This document shows positions 9,014-17,491 of a DNA stretch of 64,000 nt, one piece after another. Each line of letters starts with the position of its first letter. The stretch's first letter is position 1. Where the stretch lies: IMG/VR virus record IMGVR_UViG_3300025117_000034; one strand, 5' to 3'. Source of the stretch: a virus (taxonomy: Duplodnaviria > Heunggongvirae > Uroviricota > Caudoviricetes). Position numbers and translations under genes: made by a program. The notes below the pieces were generated by a model. It did not search any database. It saw nothing but the letters and a program-made list of their open reading frames with translations, and had not been told where the DNA came from.

Positions 9014-10078
9014 CTATTTTCCGCAGAATGGACATGTGTCAAATTCGCTCTTAACAGCTTCTTCCTCTTTGAGTTTAAACAAAGTATCCTCTAACTTGGA
9101 AGACATCGCTGATATAGTGACTAGCTTTACTTTTCTTAGTTGTAGTAATGATTCCATCTGTGCACATTTATCCACATCTGACTTGCTCACAACCAGCTTC
9201 ACACTCGCAGCACTACAGTATTCCTCCAGCCTTTTAATGGAGTTTCTAAGATCCCTGGCTTTAAGTACCAATCTATACTTTGAATCAATATTCTTTAACT
9301 CGTCAATATCCTCAACTACAACACCCTGCTTCTTAACAAAGAAACTAACTATCTTTGTACATGTTGCAGCCGTGTCAGTCATTGAGGAAAGCTTACCCTC
9401 AGTAGTAGTGTGTCTTTCCAATAAGCTACTCATTGTGTCAAGTCTGTCTACAGACATAGAGAGCTTGCTTACCTCATTTTTTATGCTATCAATATCAGAG
9501 AACAACTGCAGCTTATCAGTGCTTGAAGCTACATACCCTGATAGCATCTCCTTCTTCATATACTCATTAGAGCATGCTTTCTGAACTGCCTTTAGATCAT
9601 CCCCAACCTTTTTGAGCATCTCCTGGTATTTCTCTCCAGAGAATATACTGGAGAGTATCTCGAACTTATGCGTGTCTGGGCGATTTACAACAAGGAACTG
9701 CTCCATCTGGTTCCAGAAGTTAAGGTAGAAATCACCCACACTTGTGGTTAGAGGGAGCAGTCCTTCCTCAACAACACCCTCAAAATCAGACTTCCCAAGC
9801 TTTCCGTATTCACCGCTTGGAAGAAGGTACTCTCCACCCTTACCCCTAGACTTCTTCCAAGCGAACTTAAAGTCATCATTAAACTTTAGTGCTACGCTGC
9901 AACCGTTAACACCCTGCCTAATGAAGTCATCACCGAGCTTGTTGTATATCCCATACTGCATAGCTCTTACAACTGAGGACTTACCGTTATCGCCAGAACC
10001 AACCAGAAAGGTCAGACCATCTATATCAAGCCTGGTCTGACCGATGATTTGAAAGTCCTTGATGAATACTTTAAGCAC
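9014..10078 (-). CDS. SbcC/Rad50-like ATPase, N-terminal half ending in a Zn hook
   Basis: Walker A GSGDNGKSS, Q-loop region NFWNQ, coiled coil, terminal CPFCGK. Confidence 0.8.
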   Translation of the reverse strand: MLKVFIKDFQIIGQTRLDIDGLTFLVGSGDNGKSSVVRAMQYGIYNKLGDDFIRQGVNGCSVALKFNDDFKFAWKKSRGKGGEYLLPSGEYGKLGKSDFEGVVEEGLLPLTTSVGDFYLNFWNQMEQFLVVNRPDTHKFEILSSIFSGEKYQEMLKKVGDDLKAVQKACSNEYMKKEMLSGYVASSTDKLQLFSDIDSIKNEVSKLSMSVDRLDTMSSLLERHTTTEGKLSSMTDTAATCTKIVSFFVKKQGVVVEDIDELKNIDSKYRLVLKARDLRNSIKRLEEYCSAASVKLVVSKSDVDKCAQMESLLQLRKVKLVTISAMSSKLEDTLFKLKEEEAVKSEFDTCPFCGK

Positions 10079-11076
10079 TACTCTACTCCGTGCTTCTCTT
10101 TCAGCAGATCTAGAATCTTGTTCATGTTGTCATTAAAGTACTTGTACAAAGCAGTCCTACTCTTAAACTTAATGATCTTGTCTTCAAGCAAGCAGTGCAG
10201 CTCGTAAAGCTTTTCGTCCTGCTTCAAGTACCCGAACTCAGTCAGTGCAGCTGTCAGTGACGCAAGTGGATCAAAGCCATGACCATAGATAATAGTTGAC
10301 TCAACCTTCTTACGTGGTGCCGTCTTGTTCTTGTCAAAGATGAATGAAATGTCTGCACCATACACAGTTGTATCTGCGTGTGATAGCTGCTTCTTAACAC
10401 GTAGTTCTACCTGAACATCAAGAGCGAACTTCAGTGACTTTGCCCCAGCTGCTTCCTCTGTACGAGCCCCAGGAGGAGCGAAGCCAAAGTTAAACTTGGC
10501 CCGCATCTGCTGGATCCACAGGATACCAATGTCACGACTACGCCACTGACTGTTGTACTTCATCTGAATATTTGATGTCAGCCGTGACTTCAAACCTGGC
10601 TGGATATCCTGGATGTCACCGTCGCAAACCTGATCCGGTACAATGTCAGATTCGCTATCAATAACAATGAGTCCAAGATTCTCCATGTCCAGATATGCAT
10701 CTGCCATGTTCTGGAAGTCCGTGTAAGTATGGACATCCTGGTGAAGAAAGAACAGGGTACCCTCATACTGAGTAAGACCGAAATTCTCAATCAATGACTC
10801 AACTAGAGAGTTCTCGAAGTCCATGTAGACCACAGCATAACCAGCGTCACAATATGCCTTACAGATGGCAAGGGCTACGTTTGTTTTACCAACACCCTCA
10901 CGGCTGTATAACATAACCTGCTTGGCCATTGGGTAACCACCACCGAAGCCATCATTCAGTGCCTTGTCCGTCAAAGGAATACGTCTGCACTGTAGACGGG
11001 ATGGGTACTTAGCAGCCATCTTCTTGTAGATATCAGCCCCACTCTTACTAATAGTGTCAGCACTCTTCTTTGCCAT
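10078..11076 (-). CDS. recA: RecA/UvsX-like recombinase
   Basis: Walker A YSREGVGKT, YMDFENSL, Walker B IVIDS, IQQMR, GAKSLKF. Confidence 0.88.
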   Translation of the reverse strand: MAKKSADTISKSGADIYKKMAAKYPSRLQCRRIPLTDKALNDGFGGGYPMAKQVMLYSREGVGKTNVALAICKAYCDAGYAVVYMDFENSLVESLIENFGLTQYEGTLFFLHQDVHTYTDFQNMADAYLDMENLGLIVIDSESDIVPDQVCDGDIQDIQPGLKSRLTSNIQMKYNSQWRSRDIGILWIQQMRAKFNFGFAPPGARTEEAAGAKSLKFALDVQVELRVKKQLSHADTTVYGADISFIFDKNKTAPRKKVESTIIYGHGFDPLASLTAALTEFGYLKQDEKLYELHCLLEDKIIKFKSRTALYKYFNDNMNKILDLLKEKHGVE

Positions 11077-11085
11077 AGTATCTCC

Positions 11086-11373
11086 TTACTTGGTGAACAT
11101 CTCTTTCATGACTTTACCTGGACGGAATGAAACCTTTGAACGTGCTGGGATCTCAACTGATTCACCAGTCTTGGGGTTACGACCCTTACGAGCCTCATAC
11201 TTCTTTACTTTGAATACACCAAAGTTACGGAACTCCAGGGTGTTGCCTTCTTTTAGATGCTCCATCATAAGTTCCATGAAGCAATCAATAACCGCCAGAG
11301 TCTGAGACTTGTCTGCACTTAGCTTCTCTGCAACTGCGTCTGCTAATGTACGCTTCTGAACATTTTCTGCCAT
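11086..11373 (-). CDS. hup: HU/IHF-family DNA-binding protein
   Basis: LEFRNFGVFKVKKYEARKGRNPKTGESVEIPARSKVSFRPGK is the canonical HU arm. Confidence 0.93.
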   Translation of the reverse strand: MAENVQKRTLADAVAEKLSADKSQTLAVIDCFMELMMEHLKEGNTLEFRNFGVFKVKKYEARKGRNPKTGESVEIPARSKVSFRPGKVMKEMFTK

Positions 11374-11403
11374 TGTATTCTCCTTTGGTACAGTAGTACC
11401 GTT

Positions 11404-12453
11404 TTATTCCTCAAAGAACTCTTCAAGCTTCTTGGGTGCTTCTTCCTTTACAACCTCTTCAGCAAGGGCCATCTGTGGCTCGCCATGGTCACCGCTTGTA
11501 CTAGCCTTGGACCACTCCTGAACCTCATCCCAATAACCCTCACAAGCCTCAATTACTTCCTTGCCAACAAATGCTTTCTTACCAATCTCCACAGCGTCAA
11601 ACTTCTCAGGCAATGCCAATGCCGGTGAGGTTGCATACTTGTTGTACTCCTCAGAGATCTTGACACGCTCACCTGGCTTCAGTGGGCACCAGAAACAGTA
11701 TGGTGCAAACTTGCGGCTAAACTTGCGCTCAAGTGTACGACGAAGATTTGTGTCATAGCTACTCACAGCCGACTGCAGTGTACGACCCTTAATGCCTGAT
11801 ACAGTGATCATCAAAGGACCATACTTCCACAGATCCTCGTTCTTAACAAGAACGACATAGCGGGTACGACCACGGAGATTCTTCTTACCAGCATCCTTGA
11901 TACCCTCGTCGTAGCTCTTGTAGAAGGTGCGCTTGTCCCCACCCTTTGAGAACCAGTCAAGACGGTAGCCAATGATTGACACCATAATCTTCGGGAAGCC
12001 TAGACCAACCTGACTGCTACCATTGTCGAACGTGATCTTATTGAGCTTACGTGATGGAGTAAAGCCGAAGGGGAACTGTTCCTCAGGCAGAAAGAAACCT
12101 CCTAGATTCTGAAACGAACCCATAGCAGCCTTAGGATCTGGCTCAACCCACTGCATGAACTTGTACAAAGGACCCTGGCCAGCGGACAGATCATGTGCCT
12201 CGTTAGTCTGTGCGCCAAGGAAGTTCAGATCCTCTACATCATCAGACACCACAGGCTTAGCCTTAGGTGCAGGAGCAGCTGGCTTCTTTGTAGCTGCAGC
12301 GACAAAAGCATCCTGCTCTTCCTCCTCTTCTTCAACAACTTCTTCCTTAGGAGCAGCCTTTACCGGAGCAGCTTTCTTAACTGCCTTAGGAGCTGGCTTC
12401 TCCTCCACCTCATCACTTGAACCAAAAATGTCCTCATAACTTTCTTCTGCCAT
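11404..12453 (-). CDS. Putative ssDNA-binding/annealing protein
   Basis: Aromatic-rich core, acidic C-terminus (LEEFFEE), A/K/P/E low-complexity N-terminus; sits with recA and HU. Confidence 0.35.
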   Translation of the reverse strand: MAEESYEDIFGSSDEVEEKPAPKAVKKAAPVKAAPKEEVVEEEEEEQDAFVAAATKKPAAPAPKAKPVVSDDVEDLNFLGAQTNEAHDLSAGQGPLYKFMQWVEPDPKAAMGSFQNLGGFFLPEEQFPFGFTPSRKLNKITFDNGSSQVGLGFPKIMVSIIGYRLDWFSKGGDKRTFYKSYDEGIKDAGKKNLRGRTRYVVLVKNEDLWKYGPLMITVSGIKGRTLQSAVSSYDTNLRRTLERKFSRKFAPYCFWCPLKPGERVKISEEYNKYATSPALALPEKFDAVEIGKKAFVGKEVIEACEGYWDEVQEWSKASTSGDHGEPQMALAEEVVKEEAPKKLEEFFEE

Positions 12454-12456
12454 ACT

Positions 12457-12807
12457 CTATTCTCCTTTCAAGGTAAACATCTTTTTGACCATAGCTTCTT
12501 TGACCACATCGTTTAACAACAATGAGAACTTAGGCATAAATGGAATACCCATATCACGCCACCTGTTGTTTCCATGTGGCACATATTTATGCTTAGCAGC
12601 ACGTATGATACATTCACCAATACCATTTAAAGGCAACTTGTGATTTGGGCTATTAATGGTTGCGTCAATGAGGCAAGCAACAACAAGTCCTATAATGGCG
12701 TATGCTGTGTCACCAGTAATGTTCAGACCTGTAAGGTGACGCACACCCTCTACTATCTGTGTACGAAGCAGAGACTGCTTCTCACCAACACGACCAACCC
12801 TGCCCAT
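12457..12807 (-). CDS. Divergent HU/IHF-fold protein
   Basis: Two helices, then LPLNGIGECII...IPFMPKFSLLLNDVVK, paralleling HU l.gfG.F.v...ip....v.F.p...lk. Confidence 0.45.
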   Translation of the reverse strand: MGRVGRVGEKQSLLRTQIVEGVRHLTGLNITGDTAYAIIGLVVACLIDATINSPNHKLPLNGIGECIIRAAKHKYVPHGNNRWRDMGIPFMPKFSLLLNDVVKEAMVKKMFTLKGE

Positions 12808-13199
12808 TAGCCTAACCTTGTGCTTGAGTTTATACTACGTAGAACTTCCACAACCTCATTGGCTGTCTTCATCTTCATACGAATAGTATCCTCCAGCATC
12901 TGAAACAAGCTGAGGTACTGATCCATTCTATGTCTAAACGTAGAGGTAACTACCTTAGGGAGATCAGGGGGAGTAACCATCATCTCCCTGCACCCATAGG
13001 AATTGTAGCGAAGCTCAGCAAACTTGTTCTGTAGCTTGATAAGTATGTCTCCATACTTGTGCAACTCTTCCCGCAAGGATGCAGGCGAGTTCATCAAGGT
13101 GTTGAAGGCAGTCAACTCTGGAATCGGATCAGTCTCGTGAACCGATTCCAGGTATTCTTCAACCCTAGCGTAAATCTCTAATAGATCGTTCTCTTCCAT
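12807..13199 (-). CDS. Helical hypothetical protein
   Basis: 130 aa, coupled to upstream gene. Confidence 0.5.
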   Translation of the reverse strand: MEENDLLEIYARVEEYLESVHETDPIPELTAFNTLMNSPASLREELHKYGDILIKLQNKFAELRYNSYGCREMMVTPPDLPKVVTSTFRHRMDQYLSLFQMLEDTIRMKMKTANEVVEVLRSINSSTRLG

Positions 13200-13206
13200 A
13201 CATACA

Positions 13207-13893
13207 TTATACCACTAACTCCTTCAGCTTTAAAGCCCTTGACACTGGATTCTTATGCTTACCACTGAAGATGAGACAACCATTGTAATAGCTAAGACTT
13301 GTACAAAGCTCGTGGAGGTCCTCTTTAGCTAGCTTACTGGGGTTAAACGAGTAAGGTATACACACTGCCGAGCAGCTTCCAATAATAGGTACATTAGACT
13401 TAACAGCAGCATCTACCATAATACCAGCTGACTTGAATTCAATGATAGGCTGCATGTGCCGGAACAGCAAGCTTGGGTCTGTGCTACCGGATGCCTTGAT
13501 ATGAAGAAACAATGGTACGTCACGCATCACCCTGGAGATATTAGCATATAGTGACTTGTACCCAATATCATCAGTAATGTTATTGTCTGCAGCAAGGATG
13601 AACGTTCGGATCCCACAGTACTTAGCTGCACACAGTGCTGAGCGCACATTGGCTAGGTGATGTGGTTCCTTACGTGAGTCGCAAACAAGGTCATAGTCTG
13701 AGGCACTAAATACAACCTCGATACCATTCTGCCCCAAACTGAGTATTTTCTTTTTTAGTTCATTCAGTACTGAAGGGTTCTTCAGGCTATGATCACATGC
13801 TTTGATTTCATGGACACATACAGTTGCGCCAACTTCCTTACAAGCGGACACACAATCTCCGCTGGCAATATCCAACTCTACCGCTAGTTTCAT
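13207..13893 (-). CDS. Degenerate xylose-isomerase/AP-endonuclease-2-like TIM-barrel protein
   Basis: Alternating beta/alpha pattern; ALCAAKYCGIRTFIL resembles the family A..lGa..vv segment; metal ligands not evident. Confidence 0.35.
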   Translation of the reverse strand: MKLAVELDIASGDCVSACKEVGATVCVHEIKACDHSLKNPSVLNELKKKILSLGQNGIEVVFSASDYDLVCDSRKEPHHLANVRSALCAAKYCGIRTFILAADNNITDDIGYKSLYANISRVMRDVPLFLHIKASGSTDPSLLFRHMQPIIEFKSAGIMVDAAVKSNVPIIGSCSAVCIPYSFNPSKLAKEDLHELCTSLSYYNGCLIFSGKHKNPVSRALKLKELVV

Positions 13894-14000
13894 ATTCCCA
13901 CCCCTGTTTTTTAGTTCGCATCAAAGGGTTATCTACTGTAACACTTTGAAGGAGAGCAACTTAGTCTTAGATAACAACAAAGTAGAGTTAAAAAACTGCG

Positions 14001-14262
14001 CTTGTTATTATCTTTAGCTTTATTTTTTATTATTACTATTATAGTTTAGTAAGTAGAAAGAATAATATATATAGTAACTAGTATTCTGATCTACTTCAAC
14101 TAACCTTTGATGCCCTCCTTAACTTTCTCTTGGTGAGATTACCCCACCGGCTCGTTTGTGGACCACTGCGGATCCATACGCGGTACAGTCCATATTGTAC
14201 CTAATCATTCATTCTATCTTGTTATTATCTATAGCTATAATTATTATTATTACTATTATAGT
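14001..14262. repeat. Two 45-bp AT-rich direct repeats (14001-14045, 14218-14262)
   Basis: cttgttattatctttagctttattttttattattactattatagt vs cttgttattatctatagctataattattattattactattatagt; 41/45 identical by manual alignment. Confidence 0.9.
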
Positions 14263-14586
14263 CGTCGTCTGCCTACCCAATAAGAAGTGACTAATGCCTT
14301 AGCCAACCTTTATTGTAAATGTTAACTAGTAGTATGGTCGCGTGAGGTAAATACATAGTTACAGGTAGCTCGAGATTATCGTGTCCTTTGGGATCATTGA
14401 TAACCTCATGTGGTTTGAAGTACTCTCAGGTGTTGATCGGTTACTTCGCCCCAGTCAGGATAAGCCACTCCATTAGAACATGTACACAGCCCCACATCTG
14501 ACCCCTTCTGGTTTTAGTTGTTTGCTGCTCCCTTGTTAACCACCCTCTTTCTTAACCCTGGCCGCACGGCATGCGCACCAGGTAGT

Positions 14587-15279
14587 CTATTGCAGATATG
14601 CGAGTATCACCTTTAGTTCAAGCGGTATCTCGCTATTTAAGTGTATAAGGTTGTTTGCAAAGTCCTTCGGTTTCTTCATACGTCCTGAGGCTTTGCGCAC
14701 AGATTTTCTATATCTTCCACGCATGTCTTGCTTTATGTCTTTGTACTTTGCTGCCTTCTCTAGAAACGTTAATAGTGATGCTAGAGAGTACGCTGCACCA
14801 AACTTATAACTACATGATAGATAGCTAGATATGAACTCCTCTTTGGACTTGGTGTACGTGTCAAACAAAGAGAAGATCTCATCCTTTGTTTCAAGTAGTT
14901 CTATTTTCCATTTCTTAAGTACTAATGATTCCTTGATGAACCTCTCGTAGGTCTTATTATCTAAATTTTTGATCAGCTCAAACTTCTTTGTGTACTTCTT
15001 ATGTATGGCCATACCCAGCTTTGTCTTGATATAGTTGATCATGATGTCTCTTGAGTCTAGATCTACATACCCAGAAGACACACCATCATTACATATTATG
15101 ATAAGATTGCTTTCTCTGTCCCTGTTGTCCTTGATAATTGACATTATGTAACCCATGTTAGGAGTGTAGTTTAGTACAGTATCATGACACGAAATGTCTG
15201 CTAATGTGTACGCTAGTAGACACTTTGGGTACAGGTAGGGTATGAAAGACTTATTGGATACCTTTATAAGCTCAATCAT
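14587..15279 (-). CDS. Hypothetical protein (clamp-loader accessory subunit candidate)
   Basis: 230 aa helical; function inferred from context only. Confidence 0.3.
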   Translation of the reverse strand: MIELIKVSNKSFIPYLYPKCLLAYTLADISCHDTVLNYTPNMGYIMSIIKDNRDRESNLIIICNDGVSSGYVDLDSRDIMINYIKTKLGMAIHKKYTKKFELIKNLDNKTYERFIKESLVLKKWKIELLETKDEIFSLFDTYTKSKEEFISSYLSCSYKFGAAYSLASLLTFLEKAAKYKDIKQDMRGRYRKSVRKASGRMKKPKDFANNLIHLNSEIPLELKVILAYLQ

Positions 15280-15424
15280 TGCCTACAACTAGCTCCAGCA
15301 GTCTCTTCTGAAAGGGTGCTCTGTTCGCACTCATGATGAGCTTAGTAGTAGCATACTCAACCTTTGAGCAGGACACTGGTGGAGCAGACTCAGCTTTGTA
15401 GTCTATAGTTTTTTCGTCGCTCAT
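15272..15424 (-). CDS. Unannotated 50-aa protein with ESAPP motif
   Basis: MSDEKTIDYKAESAPPVSCSKVEYATTKLIMSANRAPFQKRLLELVVGND; fills the gap and overlaps both neighbours. Confidence 0.6.
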   Translation of the reverse strand: MSDEKTIDYKAESAPPVSCSKVEYATTKLIMSANRAPFQKRLLELVVGND

Positions 15425-16589
15425 CTCTGTACCTATCCATGAAGTTTTGATTTATGATGCAGTCAGACTTTACCTTGTCTTCATCAATGCGGATAAATAC
15501 TGGATCCGCTAGTTCACCGTTGGTCTTGAACTTGGTGCCATCAAGCTCTATCACTGATCCCTTTAAGTCACAGTTGAAATCATACCATTTGTGACTTGTC
15601 TCAACCTGGAACAGATGTCTTAGCTCTCTGCCAACTTTTAGGGTGCATAGAAACTGATCTTTTTTCAGTACACCATTTGATACATTCGTATAGATTCTTA
15701 GGCCGTTAACGTGATGATGTTTATTATATAGAGGGGAATCAATGTAACCAAGTACACCACTTCCAGTTATGTCTGAGAAGCTGAGCTTTCTTTTAACACA
15801 GACACCCTTGTTACGAGTGTTGTCGCTCAGGTACGATTTGTATAACTGCTTTGCTATGATACCATTATAACCTAAACTGTGCGCCTTTGATACAAAGGAT
15901 AACTTTTCTTCTTTTTTGGTGCAACGCTTACTAACCATACACGGTATAAGTGAGTGACACATATCCTTGTACACAGCATCAGTATAGCGGGTTCTCTCTA
16001 TGTAGGGCTTGTTAGCTATCAAGGATCTATTAACTACGAGTGTGTCAAGTATATTTACCTTGGACCGTACTTTACGTGGAGCACATGTAAGCATAAACTT
16101 GGTGTACTCAGACATGTCAGAGAACGTACCTTTAACCCTGTTGTCCATCTCTGATGGGTCAATAAGCTCAACCTCAACTCTGACATCAAGCACTAGACCT
16201 TTGATGCGTTGGTTATGCAACAAAGGTAGCCTGGGATTTACCGTCTCACGTAGGAGAGATACGTTACCTATTCTATCTCTGAGTAATAAACTAAATCCTT
16301 CTCTGTCATACACTAAAAAGCCACGTAGTCCATCCATGTTGTACTCAAATGCCCAAGTATCCTCATAGACACCATCTTGGCATTTCTTGTTCATCTCATA
16401 ATAGGAGTAGCACAGCATTGGGCTAGTCAGATGGGCGTACTTCTTGTAGGAGCTTAGCTCTGGATGGCTGTTCAGCTCATCTGTAACAACGCAGGACAGC
16501 TTATCATGCATTGACTGGCACTGGCTTAGGTCAACATTATTGAGCCTCGCAATTGTCTCAATTTCAGTTGTGCTAAGCGTCTTGATCAT
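15390..16589 (-). CDS. ATP-dependent DNA ligase-fold protein, catalytic Lys absent
   Basis: Motif I EYNMDGLR (KxDG Lys = AAC Asn), III VLDVR, IIIa ILDTL, IV YNGIIAK, V KRK, OB-like C-terminus. Confidence 0.7.
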   Translation of the reverse strand: MIKTLSTTEIETIARLNNVDLSQCQSMHDKLSCVVTDELNSHPELSSYKKYAHLTSPMLCYSYYEMNKKCQDGVYEDTWAFEYNMDGLRGFLVYDREGFSLLLRDRIGNVSLLRETVNPRLPLLHNQRIKGLVLDVRVEVELIDPSEMDNRVKGTFSDMSEYTKFMLTCAPRKVRSKVNILDTLVVNRSLIANKPYIERTRYTDAVYKDMCHSLIPCMVSKRCTKKEEKLSFVSKAHSLGYNGIIAKQLYKSYLSDNTRNKGVCVKRKLSFSDITGSGVLGYIDSPLYNKHHHVNGLRIYTNVSNGVLKKDQFLCTLKVGRELRHLFQVETSHKWYDFNCDLKGSVIELDGTKFKTNGELADPVFIRIDEDKVKSDCIINQNFMDRYRDERRKNYRLQS

Positions 16590-16608
16590 AGTCCTATCCT
16601 CTATACAT

Positions 16609-16637
16609 ATTATACCACAACCACACTTTGTTTTCTA
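16609..16637 (-). promoter_or_regulatory. SigA-type promoter TAGAAA-N17-TATAAT with TGTG extension
   Basis: Minus strand tagaaa acaaagtgtggttgtgg tataat in the divergent gap. Confidence 0.7.
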
Positions 16638-16692
16638 TTCTGCTTTATTTCTGATATACTCTGGAGTACAATGTTAATAACAGGAGAGTCAA

Positions 16693-17199
16693 ATGAAATT
16701 TCACTATGAGTTCAAGATGGACATTGAGAAGCTGGTTGGTCTTAATGTAGCAGAAATGCTTATGTACCTAGGGCTTCTGAGTCAGCGAAACTCTGGGTAC
16801 TTCAAGGAACATCAGATGAAGCTTGGTAGCAGTGTCATGCTTAGCGAGCGTAGTGGCGAGCGCATGAACAGTGTTGAGACGCGTATTAAGGAACGCCTAG
16901 CAGTTCTGGAGAACTACGAGAAGCTCCAGGAAGAGGTTAGTTCATTGCGGCAGAAGATTGCCATTATGGAGAGCGTTCCTAATGAGCAGGGTGAGATTGA
17001 TGTTATGGTTACACCCATTACAGCTGTTGATATTAATGCTCAGAACAAGTCACGTTTGATGAAGTCAGGGATTGCCACAATTGGTGATGCAGTTAAACTG
17101 GGGAGAGCAGAGCTGGCTAAGATCCCCTACTTCGGTAACAAAGGGATGATTGCTCTTGAAGCGGCGTTGGTTAGATTTAAAGTCGTACTTGAACCTTAG
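16693..17199 (+). CDS. Protein with C-terminal RNA polymerase alphaCTD-like domain
   Basis: TPITAVDINAQNKSRLMKSGIATIGDAVKLGRAELAKIPYFGNKGMIALEAAL aligns by eye to the alphaCTD pattern; coiled-coil linker. Confidence 0.7.
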   Translation: MKFHYEFKMDIEKLVGLNVAEMLMYLGLLSQRNSGYFKEHQMKLGSSVMLSERSGERMNSVETRIKERLAVLENYEKLQEEVSSLRQKIAIMESVPNEQGEIDVMVTPITAVDINAQNKSRLMKSGIATIGDAVKLGRAELAKIPYFGNKGMIALEAALVRFKVVLEP

Positions 17200-17209
17200 G
17201 AGACAGAGT

Positions 17210-17383
17210 ATGCCAAAGAAGATTAAGGCTGATGTGTGCCCTGTGTGCTTCCAGCCTAAAGGACGTTTGCGTAAGAAAAATGCTCAGGGACATGTTGTGG
17301 CATTTCACACCAAGTGCTGGGACGAGTATGTTGAAATGAGTCCTGTCAGGGGTTTTAAAGTAGCTTACACTGATGCAGATTAA
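17210..17383 (+). CDS. Small Zn-finger-like protein
   Basis: MPKKIKADVCPVC...FHTKCW; AGGAG RBS before ATG 17210. Confidence 0.55.
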   Translation: MPKKIKADVCPVCFQPKGRLRKKNAQGHVVAFHTKCWDEYVEMSPVRGFKVAYTDAD

Positions 17384-17471
17384 GGACGATTCGGCTAGTG
17401 GTGATGCCGCCTGACTGTAAATCAGGTGCCTTGCGCTAAACTCGGTGGTTCAAATCCATCATCGTCCACCA
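17384..17471 (+). tRNA. tRNA-Tyr (GTA)
   Basis: Acceptor GGACGAT/ATCGTCC, anticodon arm CCTGA-CTGTAAA-TCAGG, long variable arm, T-loop TTCAAAT, encoded CCA. Confidence 0.92.
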
Positions 17472-17491
17472 TAATTTACTAGGAGATTCTT

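Noticed and set aside
14001-14262. Repeats as a mini CRISPR array
   Set aside because: Only two copies, 172-nt spacing, not palindromic, no cas genes
14430-14460. Minus-strand gactggggcgaagt..aaccg resembles the 16S rRNA 3' region
   Set aside because: Only about 14 nt match, with no flanking rRNA sequence; treated as chance
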